Shown: piece after piece, positions 19,171 through 28,803 of the stretch
Position numbering within the stretch: position 1 is the stretch's first letter
Layout of the letters: each line of letters begins with the position of its first letter
Assembly (NCBI GenBank): GCA_038108555.1
Contig: JAYNIA010000004.1
Coordinates: forward strand, 640-64,639
Origin: Nitrospinota bacterium
GTDB taxonomy: Bacteria > Nitrospinota > Nitrospinia > Nitrospinales > VA-1
Reading direction: 5' to 3'
Length of the DNA: 64,000 bases
The notes under the pieces: model-generated
What the model was told of the DNA's origin: nothing
Databases searched by the model: none
What the model saw: only the letters and a program-made list of their open reading frames with translations
Translations under genes and position numbers: made by a program

Positions 19171-20304
19171 TTAAATATCCATCGGGGTAGCACTGGCCTT
19201 CCTTAAAAAGACTTCCAGAATTTTTTTCTGATAAAGGACAACGGCAATATCCATCATGCCATCACGATTGAAATCCGCTCCGGCAATAGACCTGGGTTGA
19301 GAGCCTACCGCGTAATTGTAATGAGGATATACAAAACTCCCATCACCGTTTCCCGGAATAACTGAAATGGAGGCACCTCGCCGGTTACAAACTACGATAT
19401 CTGGAATTTTGTCGCCTGTGAAATCTCCAGCAACAATATTATGAGGACCTTTCTCTCCCGCAAAATCCTGCAGTTTGGTAAAAACTCCCCTTCCATCTCC
19501 CATAAAAATACTGAGACTGTCTTTCATGGGACTCGATGACAACAGGTCGAGCTTTCCATCCAGATTCATATCATGATGGATGAGAAATGAAGATTGGCTG
19601 CCACCTTCAATTAGTTTGGGCGGAGCAAAGGTTCCATCGCCATTACCATAAAACATTTTCAGGTAACGCACCTTTACGGCATTGAGCACCATGGCGATAT
19701 CTTTGTTTCCATCCCCGTTAAAATCACTGACAGTCATATGGGCAGGGGTGGGTGACGCCTGATAAGCCTCAGCGACCTTGAAGGTACCATCACCGACTCC
19801 CAAAAGAATAATCAATTTATTGAAACGGAGAGTCACAGCGAGATCGTTTATCTCATCATTATTAAAATCTCCCGAGGCGATAGCAATGGGCAAGCGTCCT
19901 ACTTTAATGTTAGTCTTCAATTTAAAGAGGCCATCTTTTTGTCCGAGAATAATTGAAACCTCTCCATCTCCGTAATTGCACAACGCAATATCTGCAATGC
20001 GATCACCATTGAAATCGGCCAGTTCTATAGCAAACGGTTCGCGACCGGTTTCTATGGTCTGAGCCCCTTTAAAGGTTCCATCTCCCATTCCTTCAAAATA
20101 GCTCAAAGAGTTTCCCGCAGAATTTACAACGATTAAATCAGGAAACTCATCGTTGTTCATATCATGCGCTTTAACGACTTCCGGTTTCTTTCCAACGGGA
20201 TACGAAACAGGCAGGGCAAAAATATCCGGCGAAGGCTGGTTTTGACCACAACCTAATAACATCAACGTGGTAATCAATAATGGAATGGTTTTATTGAATT
20301 TCAT
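19171..20304 (-). CDS. FG-GAP/VCBS-repeat lipoprotein
   Basis: Lipobox LLGCGQ. At least six repeats of the DFNGDGxxD type (DFNGDRIADI, DFNNDEINDL, DFNGDGNKDI, DMNLDGKLDL, DFTGDKIPDI, DFNRDGMMDI). Confidence 0.8.
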   Translation of the reverse strand: MKFNKTIPLLITTLMLLGCGQNQPSPDIFALPVSYPVGKKPEVVKAHDMNNDEFPDLIVVNSAGNSLSYFEGMGDGTFKGAQTIETGREPFAIELADFNGDRIADIALCNYGDGEVSIILGQKDGLFKLKTNIKVGRLPIAIASGDFNNDEINDLAVTLRFNKLIILLGVGDGTFKVAEAYQASPTPAHMTVSDFNGDGNKDIAMVLNAVKVRYLKMFYGNGDGTFAPPKLIEGGSQSSFLIHHDMNLDGKLDLLSSSPMKDSLSIFMGDGRGVFTKLQDFAGEKGPHNIVAGDFTGDKIPDIVVCNRRGASISVIPGNGDGSFVYPHYNYAVGSQPRSIAGADFNRDGMMDIAVVLYQKKILEVFLRKASATPMDI

Positions 20305-20423
20305 TATGAACGTCTCAGTTTAAAATGGATTTTTCGTTTATACAGGATGCCCGCTAACTTGTAAACGAATTTGAAAAAATGATATAATTTTCAATTAGTT
20401 ATATCTCACTGCGCCTCGAAATA

Positions 20424-21161
20424 ATGCCCTTCCACAAGCACTCCAGAATATTAGTTCTATTCGTCTTTTTATTTTTAACAGCCTGTCAGGGTTTTAAGTT
20501 TGATCCATGGCCAGACACTCCCTATGGAGTTCACCATACAGTTCAAAAAGGCCAGACTCTTTTTCTCATTGCCCAGGCTTATGAAATTGATATGGAAGTA
20601 TTGCGCAAGGTCAACCACATTCGGGATCCCTCAAAAATCCAAGCGGGAATGCAGTTATGGATTCCAGGTGCCAGTCGTGTACGACAAGTTCCCAAAACTT
20701 CTTCCAAATCTTCGAAACCTTCGCCTCCTTCTCGGCCCATCTTTTCGAAAAAGAAAAACCCTCCCACTGAAAAACCAAAGAAAGGTATTTTGATATGGCC
20801 TGCTAAAGGCAAATTGACCTCGGGCTTCGAAATTAAAAACGGAAAAAAACATGAGGGTATTGATATAGCTGCACCGAAGGGAACCCCTATCCATGCTGCT
20901 GCTGAAGGGGAAGTGGTATTTAGTGGCTGGGGTCCCACCGGGTATGGGAAATTGGTAATAATAAAACACAAACACCGCCTGACTACGGTCTATGCAAACA
21001 ATTCCAAATTGCTTGTAAAAAAAGGAGACGGAGTTAAACAAGGCCAAAAAATTGCGCTGATGGGCAGTACCGGCCGTTCCACTGAATCCCATCTTCATTT
21101 CGAAGTGAGAAATAATACGGAACCAAAAAATCCTATCAAATACCTCCCGGTGCGAAGATAA
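20424..21161 (+). CDS. LysM-domain M23 family metallopeptidase lipoprotein (NlpD-like)
   Basis: Lipobox LTACQG; LysM HTVQKGQTLFLIAQAYEIDMEVLRKVNHI; M23 motifs HEGIDIAAPKGTPI and SHLHFEVR. Confidence 0.9.
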   Translation: MPFHKHSRILVLFVFLFLTACQGFKFDPWPDTPYGVHHTVQKGQTLFLIAQAYEIDMEVLRKVNHIRDPSKIQAGMQLWIPGASRVRQVPKTSSKSSKPSPPSRPIFSKKKNPPTEKPKKGILIWPAKGKLTSGFEIKNGKKHEGIDIAAPKGTPIHAAAEGEVVFSGWGPTGYGKLVIIKHKHRLTTVYANNSKLLVKKGDGVKQGQKIALMGSTGRSTESHLHFEVRNNTEPKNPIKYLPVRR

Positions 21162-21232
21162 AGTTTCCAACACCAAAAATATTTGATAAAAACTAGTTGC
21201 AACAAACCAGTTAATTTTAGAAAGGTGCATCC

Positions 21233-21754
21233 ATGGAATCTGTAAAACAAATCATTCGCGATATTCCCGATTTTCCCAAAGAAGGAATAATTTTTAAAGA
21301 TATCACTCCCCTTCTGGCAGATGCATCTGCTTTTGGAAAAACCATCAATACCCTGAAAGAACGATACGCAGGAAAGGAAATTGATAAGGTGGTCGGGGTG
21401 GAAGCACGTGGATTCATCTTTGCATCCGCTCTTGCCTATGCCCTGGAGGCAGGCACTGCTATGGTCCGCAAACCCGGTAAACTTCCCTATAAAACGTTCC
21501 AGGAAACTTATTCTCTTGAATACGGAACGGACACCATCGAAATTCATCAGGATGCTTTTCAACCGGGAGAGCGAATCGTCCTAATCGATGATGTCCTTGC
21601 CACAGGGGGAACCCTGGCGGCAACGCTCAATCTCATCCGAAACAACTTTCCTAGCGTGGAAATCGAAGAAGCCGCATTTCTTATAGAACTGGATTTCTTA
21701 AAAGGCCGGGAAAAACTCAAGGACATACCGATCCACTCCCTCATCCACTTCTAA
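21233..21754 (+). CDS. apt: adenine phosphoribosyltransferase
   Basis: 173 aa; IRDIPDFPKEGIIFKDITPLL and PRPP motif VLIDDVLATGGT. Confidence 0.9.
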   Translation: MESVKQIIRDIPDFPKEGIIFKDITPLLADASAFGKTINTLKERYAGKEIDKVVGVEARGFIFASALAYALEAGTAMVRKPGKLPYKTFQETYSLEYGTDTIEIHQDAFQPGERIVLIDDVLATGGTLAATLNLIRNNFPSVEIEEAAFLIELDFLKGREKLKDIPIHSLIHF

Positions 21755-21811
21755 CCACTAGGCGTGTGTTAAATTCCTTCCATAGCTCTCATGCCCCGCA
21801 GGGGTAGGGCC
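21755..21811 (+). repeat. 57-nt intergenic repeat module H, copy 1
   Basis: CCACTAGGCGTGTGTTAAATTCCTTCCATAGCTCTCATGCCCCGCAGGGGTAGGGCC; 55/57 identical to 31101-31157 in the same orientation; contains a CCCC-N3-GGGG hairpin. Confidence 0.85.
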
Positions 21812-21878
21812 GAAAAGTTGAATCCTCTGGATAAAACTAAATTGACTTAGGTTATACATTATTTCTTCAATAGTAAAT

Positions 21879-21909
21879 CCCTCGGTAGAGGGCGGCGAAC
21901 CGCCGCAAG
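21879..21909 (+). repeat. repeat module R (tandem GC hairpins), copy 1
   Basis: CCCTCGGTAGAGGGCGGCGAACCGCCGCAAG; 28/31 identical to the reverse complement of 39359-39392. Two hairpins: CCCTC-ggta-GAGGG and GCGGCG-aac-CGCCGC. Confidence 0.75.
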
Positions 21910-21981
21910 AAATTTGTCGAACTCGTAAGGCCAATTAAAATTATTGAGGCTTTGACCAATAGGTAAATTGGAATTTTTTCC

Positions 21982-22431
21982 ATGTTACAAATATTTATTT
22001 TAGTAACAGTCTTCTCCCTTTCAAGTGTGGCTGAATCCAATGCGAAAAACAAATCCGAATACTGGAAGCGGATCACGGGTATTCCAAAGTTCGACCCGGC
22101 AAAACATTCCGATGGTTGCAGTGGGGGGATGTCGGCAGGCTATGCCATTTTACCTAAAAAGGTTCATGACAAACTGGGGAAAACTTTACCCTGGAGGCAA
22201 TGCTGTATCGTTCATGACCATGCCTATTACTATGGTGGCACTCGAAAAGAAAAAACTACCGCCGACCATGCTTTGAAACAATGTGTTAAGAAAACGATAA
22301 AGGGAAAAATTTCCGGGGAAATTATGGGTGAAATTATGCGACTTGCGGTCACACCAGGAGGTTCGCCCTACTGGAAAACGCCCTGGCGCTGGGGTTACGG
22401 CGAAGACTATCGCCTACCGGCGAAGGATTAA
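21982..22431 (+). CDS. secreted small protein with phospholipase A2-like CC-x2-HD-x2-Y motif
   Basis: Signal-like N-terminus MLQIFILVTVFSLSSVAES. DGCSGG followed by CCIVHDHAYYYGG, reminiscent of the PLA2 His-Asp catalytic segment (CCxxHDxCY). Assignment is by motif only. Confidence 0.5.
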   Translation: MLQIFILVTVFSLSSVAESNAKNKSEYWKRITGIPKFDPAKHSDGCSGGMSAGYAILPKKVHDKLGKTLPWRQCCIVHDHAYYYGGTRKEKTTADHALKQCVKKTIKGKISGEIMGEIMRLAVTPGGSPYWKTPWRWGYGEDYRLPAKD

Positions 22432-22446
22432 GGGGTGAATTACCTT

Positions 22447-23064
22447 TTAGTTGTAATAATGAGTCCCAGTGGCGTCCTGATAGAAAAACCTTAAAGACCC
22501 AAAAATTTTTAAAGCTAAATCTTTGCCTGCAGGCGGATCGTCATGATCATCGACGGATAAGATGATTAGACGCCGATTTCTGACGGTTCCTAAAAAATAG
22601 ATTTGCTGTGCGGCATTTCCGATTTTCCAAAATAGGTTGGGTTGGCTTAAACCTTCAATGTTCATATCAATAATCTCTCTTGTTACCCCCTGAACATCTG
22701 AGATCTGGTATTTTGAATCCCATTCATAAAAATCCAGTAACACCTGCTCTTCAGGATTGCCCGGACCAAAAAAATTCGTGGCATTGGGATGCTCCTGAAA
22801 CTCATAGAGCAGGATGGTTTTACAAGGACACTCTTTAGTCTTGAACTGGGTTTGCATGGGTTCCACTTCGCGAGTCTCCCATTTCACTCCGGGAATGGTG
22901 ATTCGAAATGGATACTGGCTCATGGAATGATAGTTTAAGGTTTTTTCCGGCTTATCTCCCTCCAATGATTTTCTACTCTCTGATGATGTCCCACACGAAT
23001 TCAGAAAAATCAAAATGACAAATATCTTTAAAAAATTATTTGCAAAAACATGAACTGAAGACAT
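22447..23064 (-). CDS. hypothetical lipoprotein
   Basis: Start chosen at MSSVHVFANNFLKIFVILIFLNSCG (signal peptide plus lipobox LNSC). The tracked ORF has 26 extra upstream codons. Confidence 0.55.
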   Translation of the reverse strand: MSSVHVFANNFLKIFVILIFLNSCGTSSESRKSLEGDKPEKTLNYHSMSQYPFRITIPGVKWETREVEPMQTQFKTKECPCKTILLYEFQEHPNATNFFGPGNPEEQVLLDFYEWDSKYQISDVQGVTREIIDMNIEGLSQPNLFWKIGNAAQQIYFLGTVRNRRLIILSVDDHDDPPAGKDLALKIFGSLRFFYQDATGTHYYN

Positions 23065-23095
23065 GAAATTTTTCGGCAGGAAATAATAGTCTCTA

Positions 23096-23350
23096 CTACT
23101 CCCCCCGGGCGGTAACCCGGCGGAAGGAAATTTCTTTGGCAAGTGCCTGGGCGAGTTTTTCTGTGTCTTCCAGAAAGTCGGGAGAGATCATCAACTCAAT
23201 GAGACCGCGGGAAGGATCAATCGTACGAACCACCGCAAGATGGTCGTACCCTTCAAAGATACTGACGATGTAGGCAATGTCTTTCTTGTCGACTTCGACC
23301 TGCCATTGGATTGAATCACTGTGCGGAGAAACGCACTCAGGAATATTCAC
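23096..23350 (-). CDS. DUF4911-like small protein
   Basis: [50 protein letters not shown] resembles DUF4911. There is no in-frame ATG downstream of the mnmG stop, so a GTG at 23348-23350 (overlapping the mnmG 3' end) is proposed; start is uncertain. Confidence 0.45.
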   Translation of the reverse strand: MNIPECVSPHSDSIQWQVEVDKKDIAYIVSIFEGYDHLAVVRTIDPSRGLIELMISPDFLEDTEKLAQALAKEISFRRVTARGE

Positions 23351-25199
23351 GGTTCTTCTCGAGTAACAACATGATGAGGCTGATCGCCGAAGGTGTGATA
23401 CCGGAAATGCGCGACGCCTGCCCGAGTGTGACGGGACGAATGGCTTCCAGTTTCTGTGCCACTTCATGGGAAAGGCCGGGCACCCCTTCGTATTTGAAGT
23501 CTTCAGGAATGCGGTAATGCTCCAGCTTCTTCTGTTTTTCAACAAGCTGATTCTGGCGCGCGATGAACCCTTCGTACTTCACACGAATCTCCACCTGCTC
23601 GCCAACGAGCTGGGGAACCTCTTCTCCCTCAAATGCTCGAAGCAGTTCTTCATGCCTGACTTCCGGTCGGCGCAGCAAAACATTCAGGGTCGTTGCGTTC
23701 CGCAGTTCATGGATTCCCAGTTTCGACAGTCGATTGAGAGTTTCCGGATTCGGCACCACAGTAGTGGCTTCGAGTCTTTGAATCTCCCTATCCACCGCGT
23801 TGTATTTTTCCATGCACTGGTTATAAAGCTCTTCATTGACCAGACCCAGTTCATGGCCTTTTCCCATCAACCTTTGGTCAGCATTGTCCTGCCTGAGGAT
23901 CAACCGATATTCGGCACGCGAAGTGAACATGCGATAAGGTTCCTGCGTTCCCTTGGTGACAAGATCATCAATGAGCACACCGATATAACTGTCCATTCGT
24001 GTCAGCAAAAACGGTTTGCGTTTTTGCGATTTGAGTGCGGCGTTGATACCCGCCATCAAACCCTGGCAGGCAGCTTCCTCGTAACCAGAGGTTCCGTTGA
24101 TTTGCCCGGCATGAAACAATCCACTCACTCGTTTTGTTTCAAGGGAAGGCAACAACTGGGTTGGCGGAACGAAATCATATTCCACCGCGTAACCGGGAAG
24201 AACTATCTCGGCATTTTCCAGTCCCGGAATCGTGCGCACCAGTTGATGCTGCACTTCTTCATCCATGCTAGTGGAAATTCCATTCGGGTAAATCCAGTCG
24301 GTATCGAGACCTTCGGGCTCGAGAAAAATGTTGTGCGATTTCTTATCGGGAAACTTCACCACTTTATCTTCGATGGAGGGACAATAGCGCGGACCCACCC
24401 CCTCAATGATGCCGCTGTATAAAGGCGACCGGTCCATATTGTTGCGGATCACCTCTGCGGTTTTCTCATTCGTCGCGGTGATATGACAGGGCACCTGATT
24501 GCGGTCAATATGCGATGTGGAAAACGAAAAAGGACGGGGGATGCTATCTCCATCCTGCACAACACATTGTGAAAAATCGATGCTTTCCCGTTTCAATCGC
24601 GGCGGTGTTCCTGTCTTTAATCGACCAAGTTCGAATCCCGCCGCAAGAAACGATTGTGATAATTTCGTGGAAGGTTTTTCACCCACGCGGCCTGCAGGAC
24701 GACTGTTCATCCCAACATGAATAATTCCGTTCAAAAAAGTTCCCGTCGTAATAACAATGGCATCGCACTGCAATTCCAATCCACCCGACGTGCGCAGTCC
24801 TCTCACTTGTTTGTTTTCGAAAATAAGTTCATCGACTTCATCGTAGACGAGTTCCAGATTGTCGGTGTTTTCCAGAACCCGGCGCATGGCATTTTTGTAT
24901 TGGTGCTTGTCGGCCTGCGCGCGGTAACCGTGAACGGCGGGACCTTTGGAGGAATTCAACAATCGGAACTGGATACCGGTTTCATCAATCACCCGGGCCA
25001 TTTCCCCGCCGAGGGCATCGATCTCGCGCACAATATGCCCCTTTCCCACACCCCCGATGGCGGGATTGCAGGGCATCAATGCAATTTTATCCGCTTCCAG
25101 GGTGACCATCGCCGTGGCACAACCCATTCGCGCAGAAGCCAATGCCGCCTCACAACCGGCATGGCCCCCTCCTATGACTATGACATCGAATCGTTTCAT
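23337..25199 (-). CDS. mnmG: tRNA uridine 5-carboxymethylaminomethyl modification enzyme MnmG (GidA)
   Basis: 620 aa; [19 protein letters not shown] motif; conserved GTTCNPAIGG-like [22 protein letters not shown]. Confidence 0.95.
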   Translation of the reverse strand: MKRFDVIVIGGGHAGCEAALASARMGCATAMVTLEADKIALMPCNPAIGGVGKGHIVREIDALGGEMARVIDETGIQFRLLNSSKGPAVHGYRAQADKHQYKNAMRRVLENTDNLELVYDEVDELIFENKQVRGLRTSGGLELQCDAIVITTGTFLNGIIHVGMNSRPAGRVGEKPSTKLSQSFLAAGFELGRLKTGTPPRLKRESIDFSQCVVQDGDSIPRPFSFSTSHIDRNQVPCHITATNEKTAEVIRNNMDRSPLYSGIIEGVGPRYCPSIEDKVVKFPDKKSHNIFLEPEGLDTDWIYPNGISTSMDEEVQHQLVRTIPGLENAEIVLPGYAVEYDFVPPTQLLPSLETKRVSGLFHAGQINGTSGYEEAACQGLMAGINAALKSQKRKPFLLTRMDSYIGVLIDDLVTKGTQEPYRMFTSRAEYRLILRQDNADQRLMGKGHELGLVNEELYNQCMEKYNAVDREIQRLEATTVVPNPETLNRLSKLGIHELRNATTLNVLLRRPEVRHEELLRAFEGEEVPQLVGEQVEIRVKYEGFIARQNQLVEKQKKLEHYRIPEDFKYEGVPGLSHEVAQKLEAIRPVTLGQASRISGITPSAISLIMLLLEKNREYS

Positions 25200-25351
25200 G
25201 TTATCTTGCTACGGGTTACCACAGAATTTTCCCCTGTGGTGGAATTCAGACTTAAAAATTTTCTTTTCGGATACCCCATCCCTAATTGTGGAGCCTTCCA
25301 TTGGGAACCGTTATTTTACAATAAAACTTCAATAATTTTGAACGAATAAAC

Positions 25352-26155
25352 ATGGATCTTCAGGCTGTTAATAAGGAAGTTAAGCGTGAGTTCGAAGAGG
25401 AATGGGCGGCCACTTCAGTTGAAGCCCTGCTGGAAACCAATAAATACCCTCGAACCAAAGAAGAGTTTGCCGCCCTCGAGAGATTCCTCCCAAAAGATGA
25501 TCTGATTCTCGAGGCAGGATGCGGTCTAGGACCCAAACTCATCCATTTCAACATTAAAAACTATAAAATCTGGGGAATTGACTACATCTACTCCGCACTG
25601 GAACAGGTAAAAAATTATGACGGAGACCTGATTCTCGCGCAGTCCGATGTTCATGCATTGCCTTTTCCGGAAGCGACTTTTGGTGCCTACCTTTCTTATG
25701 GTGTCGTGGAACATTTTCCGCAAGGACCGCAGGAAGCGATCATCGAAGCTTACCGCGTTTTAAAACCCGGTGGACTTATTTTCATGATGGTCCCTGCCGC
25801 CAATCCGGTCACGCATTTTGTTTATGACGAAGACAACTTCCTCCACAAATTACGGCGGAACGGTCTGGTCAGGAAACTCATGGGCAAACCGCCGCTGCCT
25901 CCTAAAGAAGACCATCTCACCTATTTTAAATTGCACGGAAGAGATGAAATGCGGGTCATCCTGGAAACATCAAAGTTTGAAATTATTCATGAACAACCGA
26001 TGAGCCACAGTTTCAATTTGTATCTGGGATGCGAATGTTTCCATAAAGACACCAATGGGAGAACCAACAGCCTGGCGGAAGGTGTGGCTGCCCTGATGCG
26101 AAAATTTTTCCCCTGGTCTTCCTGCAATTATCTTCTATTTGTCGGCAGGAAATAA
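25352..26155 (+). CDS. class I SAM-dependent methyltransferase
   Basis: Motif I ILEAGCGLGP; motif post-II/III VLKPGGLIFM. Confidence 0.8.
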   Translation: MDLQAVNKEVKREFEEEWAATSVEALLETNKYPRTKEEFAALERFLPKDDLILEAGCGLGPKLIHFNIKNYKIWGIDYIYSALEQVKNYDGDLILAQSDVHALPFPEATFGAYLSYGVVEHFPQGPQEAIIEAYRVLKPGGLIFMMVPAANPVTHFVYDEDNFLHKLRRNGLVRKLMGKPPLPPKEDHLTYFKLHGRDEMRVILETSKFEIIHEQPMSHSFNLYLGCECFHKDTNGRTNSLAEGVAALMRKFFPWSSCNYLLFVGRK

Positions 26156-26245
26156 TTGCTGAATCAAGTCACAAGTAAATTAAGGTATAATAATTCCCGC
26201 CAGTCATAACAAGCAGTAGCCACAAGCCCACCAGAGGTTCTCGCC

Positions 26246-27745
26246 TTGTCACCCTTTCAAAAATTTATAGCAAACGTTGGTTGGACTGTCCTGGGAAAAG
26301 CCGGGGTACAGATCATCATGTTTGCGGTCTCGGTCCTGCTCACGCGTTATCTTGGCAAGGAACATCTTGGCGACTACGCGACCCTTCTGGTTATTCCTGT
26401 ATTCATCCGTCTGCTGAATTCGTTTGGTCTGGAAACCCTCATCAATAAAATACTTCCGGAGCTAAATGTTAAGGACCCCACCGGTGCGCAGGGACATTTC
26501 CTCGTCAGCCGGATCATGGTCATTCGGTTTTTGACCACTCTTGCATTCTGCATTCTTATATATCTTTTTCTGCCGAGTTATCTTGACTTCATCCACAACC
26601 CGCAACTCATTGAGTTTCGCTGGACGTTGATTTTTTATTTCGCCGTCATCACCATCGATTCCATTTTGAGTGTCTTATACATGGCGCTGCTTCGCTTCAA
26701 AACTCTGGCAATCACCGAAGTGTTCGGAGCGTTGACCAACCTGATTCTTTTGGTTGTGTTTATTAAGCTGGACTATGGAATCTACGCCGTCCTTTACGCC
26801 TACATCATTGCCGCAACTTTAACCAGCATCGCTTATCTTTCCATGGCAAAAATAAAATATCCCGATGCCTCGGCTAAACCCGAATGGAACAATATGGGCC
26901 ATCTGGCCTGGGTGGCTTATGGAATCGGATTGTTCGGATTCGGCGTAATGACACAAAGCGATGTTTTGCTGATGAATTATTTTAAAGTCAGCCGGGGGGA
27001 TGTAGGGCTATACCACCTGGCAACGGGACTGGGAGCCACCTTGTCATTCCTTCTCGCGGGAATTGCACCGATGGCGTTATCGCTGTTTTCAGAAACCCAT
27101 GCAAAGGATGGTGTGGAGGGACTCAGCAACCTGTATTGCCAGATTGTCGGATTCGCTTCTTACCTCACCATTCCCGTTTACGTTTTTTGCGCGATCAATG
27201 CCAGCTACGTCATCGGATTCATCTATGGAACCGAATTTTTAGAAGGAAAAAACGCACTCGCTACCTACGCGACTTTGGCGGGAATTCAAACGGCTTTGGG
27301 AGTCAACTTTTCCGTTTCGGCATTGTTCGTGGTAAACCAGCGCGACATCGCTTTACGCTCTACCGTGGAGGGAAGCATTCTCAACATTGCATTGAACCTG
27401 TTTATGATTCCTGCGTTCGGGATGATGGGTGCAATAACAGCAACAGGGATGACGATGCTCTATATGGTATTACGACAACTCAATGTTCTGAGAAAAGAAA
27501 TTGAAATCAATCCCGCCTTTCCCACCATTGGGCAATGTTTTTTGTTCTGCCTAATGGCTTCGGTTCCTCCGCTGATCCTTGCAGGGATGGGAATGGGGCA
27601 GCTAATAACAAATTTAATTCTCTACCTGGTCACTCTCTTATTGCTGCTCGTTATAATAAAACCGTTCAACAATGAACAGCGACAACTGCTGACCAACGTC
27701 TATCCTGAGCTTGGGGAAAAGTTAGGTTTGTTTTTCCGCTCCTAA
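26246..27745 (+). CDS. polysaccharide/oligosaccharide flippase (MOP/Wzx family)
   Basis: 499 aa with ~12-14 TM segments; N-terminus VGWTVLGKAGVQIIMFAVSVLLTRYLG typical of Wzx-like proteins; TTG start. Confidence 0.75.
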   Translation: MSPFQKFIANVGWTVLGKAGVQIIMFAVSVLLTRYLGKEHLGDYATLLVIPVFIRLLNSFGLETLINKILPELNVKDPTGAQGHFLVSRIMVIRFLTTLAFCILIYLFLPSYLDFIHNPQLIEFRWTLIFYFAVITIDSILSVLYMALLRFKTLAITEVFGALTNLILLVVFIKLDYGIYAVLYAYIIAATLTSIAYLSMAKIKYPDASAKPEWNNMGHLAWVAYGIGLFGFGVMTQSDVLLMNYFKVSRGDVGLYHLATGLGATLSFLLAGIAPMALSLFSETHAKDGVEGLSNLYCQIVGFASYLTIPVYVFCAINASYVIGFIYGTEFLEGKNALATYATLAGIQTALGVNFSVSALFVVNQRDIALRSTVEGSILNIALNLFMIPAFGMMGAITATGMTMLYMVLRQLNVLRKEIEINPAFPTIGQCFLFCLMASVPPLILAGMGMGQLITNLILYLVTLLLLLVIIKPFNNEQRQLLTNVYPELGEKLGLFFRS

Positions 27746-28722
27746 CCCGGAATGCCAGCAGTTAGTTTCCTTCGCGGCATCAACAATAGTTTTACTTTTA
27801 AGGACAATGAGTCATCGGGGGTGGCCTTGCCCTGCAAATGCCTCAAGGTAGATGTGAGCAGTCCCGCAAGGAAAGTCATTTTATATAGAAACCTTAAAAC
27901 TAAATTCCATCCCAATGAGTAGTATTTGGAATAAAAATACAAATTGCTCTGGTAGGTTTCGATGATCACCTTTTTCCGGTGTCGATCCTGATGCGTGCTC
28001 TGACCGAGTAAATGTTGCACCGATGTTTCGGGATAGAAACAGATTTTCTTCCCCTTCTTTCGTGCACGTCGGCAAAGGTCATCTTCTTCGTTGTATAAAA
28101 AATAATTTTCGTCCATTAAACCAATGCACTCGATCAAATCGCGGGTCATCACAAAACAGCAACCGGATATCACCTTCGCCTCCCGCGCCAACATCGGACC
28201 CATTCTTTTCAGTTCATTGGATGGATCATATTTCCCCAATATCTTCAACGCTGCATCCTGGGGCCGATCCTCCCACAACCGAATCGGGCAGGGCTGGTTA
28301 TTCTCATCAACGATTCCCGCACCTAGAATTGAGTAGTCGGGATGCCTCTCCATAAAATCCACAATCTTTTTAAAACTGTTTTCGGTTAAAAGCGTGTCGG
28401 GATTCAACAACGCAATCTTCCGTCCCCGGGAGGCTTCGATGCCCTGATTATTGGCAGCAGAAAATCCACGGTTTTCTTTATTAGCAATCACCTGCACATC
28501 CGGGAAAAGTTCCACAATCGCATCCACCGTTCCATCTTCGGATGCGTTATCAACCACAATCACTTCATAAGAAACTTCCTGAGTATGTTTTTTGATCGTC
28601 CCCAGACAACGCAACAAAATCTCGCGGGTATTAAAACTGACGATGACAATCGTCATGTCCAGTTCAGCCGGTTTGGGAAATTGAAAAACAGGTGAGGTCA
28701 TTGGGATTTTAATTTTATTCAA
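27742..28722 (-). CDS. glycosyltransferase family 2
   Basis: IVIVSFNTRE...VIVVDNASEDGT, FSAANNQG, acidic YNEEDDL motif. Confidence 0.85.
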   Translation of the reverse strand: MNKIKIPMTSPVFQFPKPAELDMTIVIVSFNTREILLRCLGTIKKHTQEVSYEVIVVDNASEDGTVDAIVELFPDVQVIANKENRGFSAANNQGIEASRGRKIALLNPDTLLTENSFKKIVDFMERHPDYSILGAGIVDENNQPCPIRLWEDRPQDAALKILGKYDPSNELKRMGPMLAREAKVISGCCFVMTRDLIECIGLMDENYFLYNEEDDLCRRARKKGKKICFYPETSVQHLLGQSTHQDRHRKKVIIETYQSNLYFYSKYYSLGWNLVLRFLYKMTFLAGLLTSTLRHLQGKATPDDSLSLKVKLLLMPRRKLTAGIPG

Positions 28723-28803
28723 TGGAGAGAGCCTTGTCTAGAAGCTGATTGGTTTAGTTTGCCAAAAAGGGATTGACTCATTGGCCCCACGCCTAGTGGC
28801 CGG

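Noticed and set aside
24629-24639. tRNA T-loop-like string AGTTCGAATCC
   Set aside because: It lies inside the mnmG coding sequence with no flanking cloverleaf arms; I recognised no tRNA or rRNA anywhere in the window.
23466-25349. Plus-strand ORFs of 318, 210 and 129 aa
   Set aside because: They are antisense shadow ORFs of mnmG, which is supported across its full length by conserved motifs.
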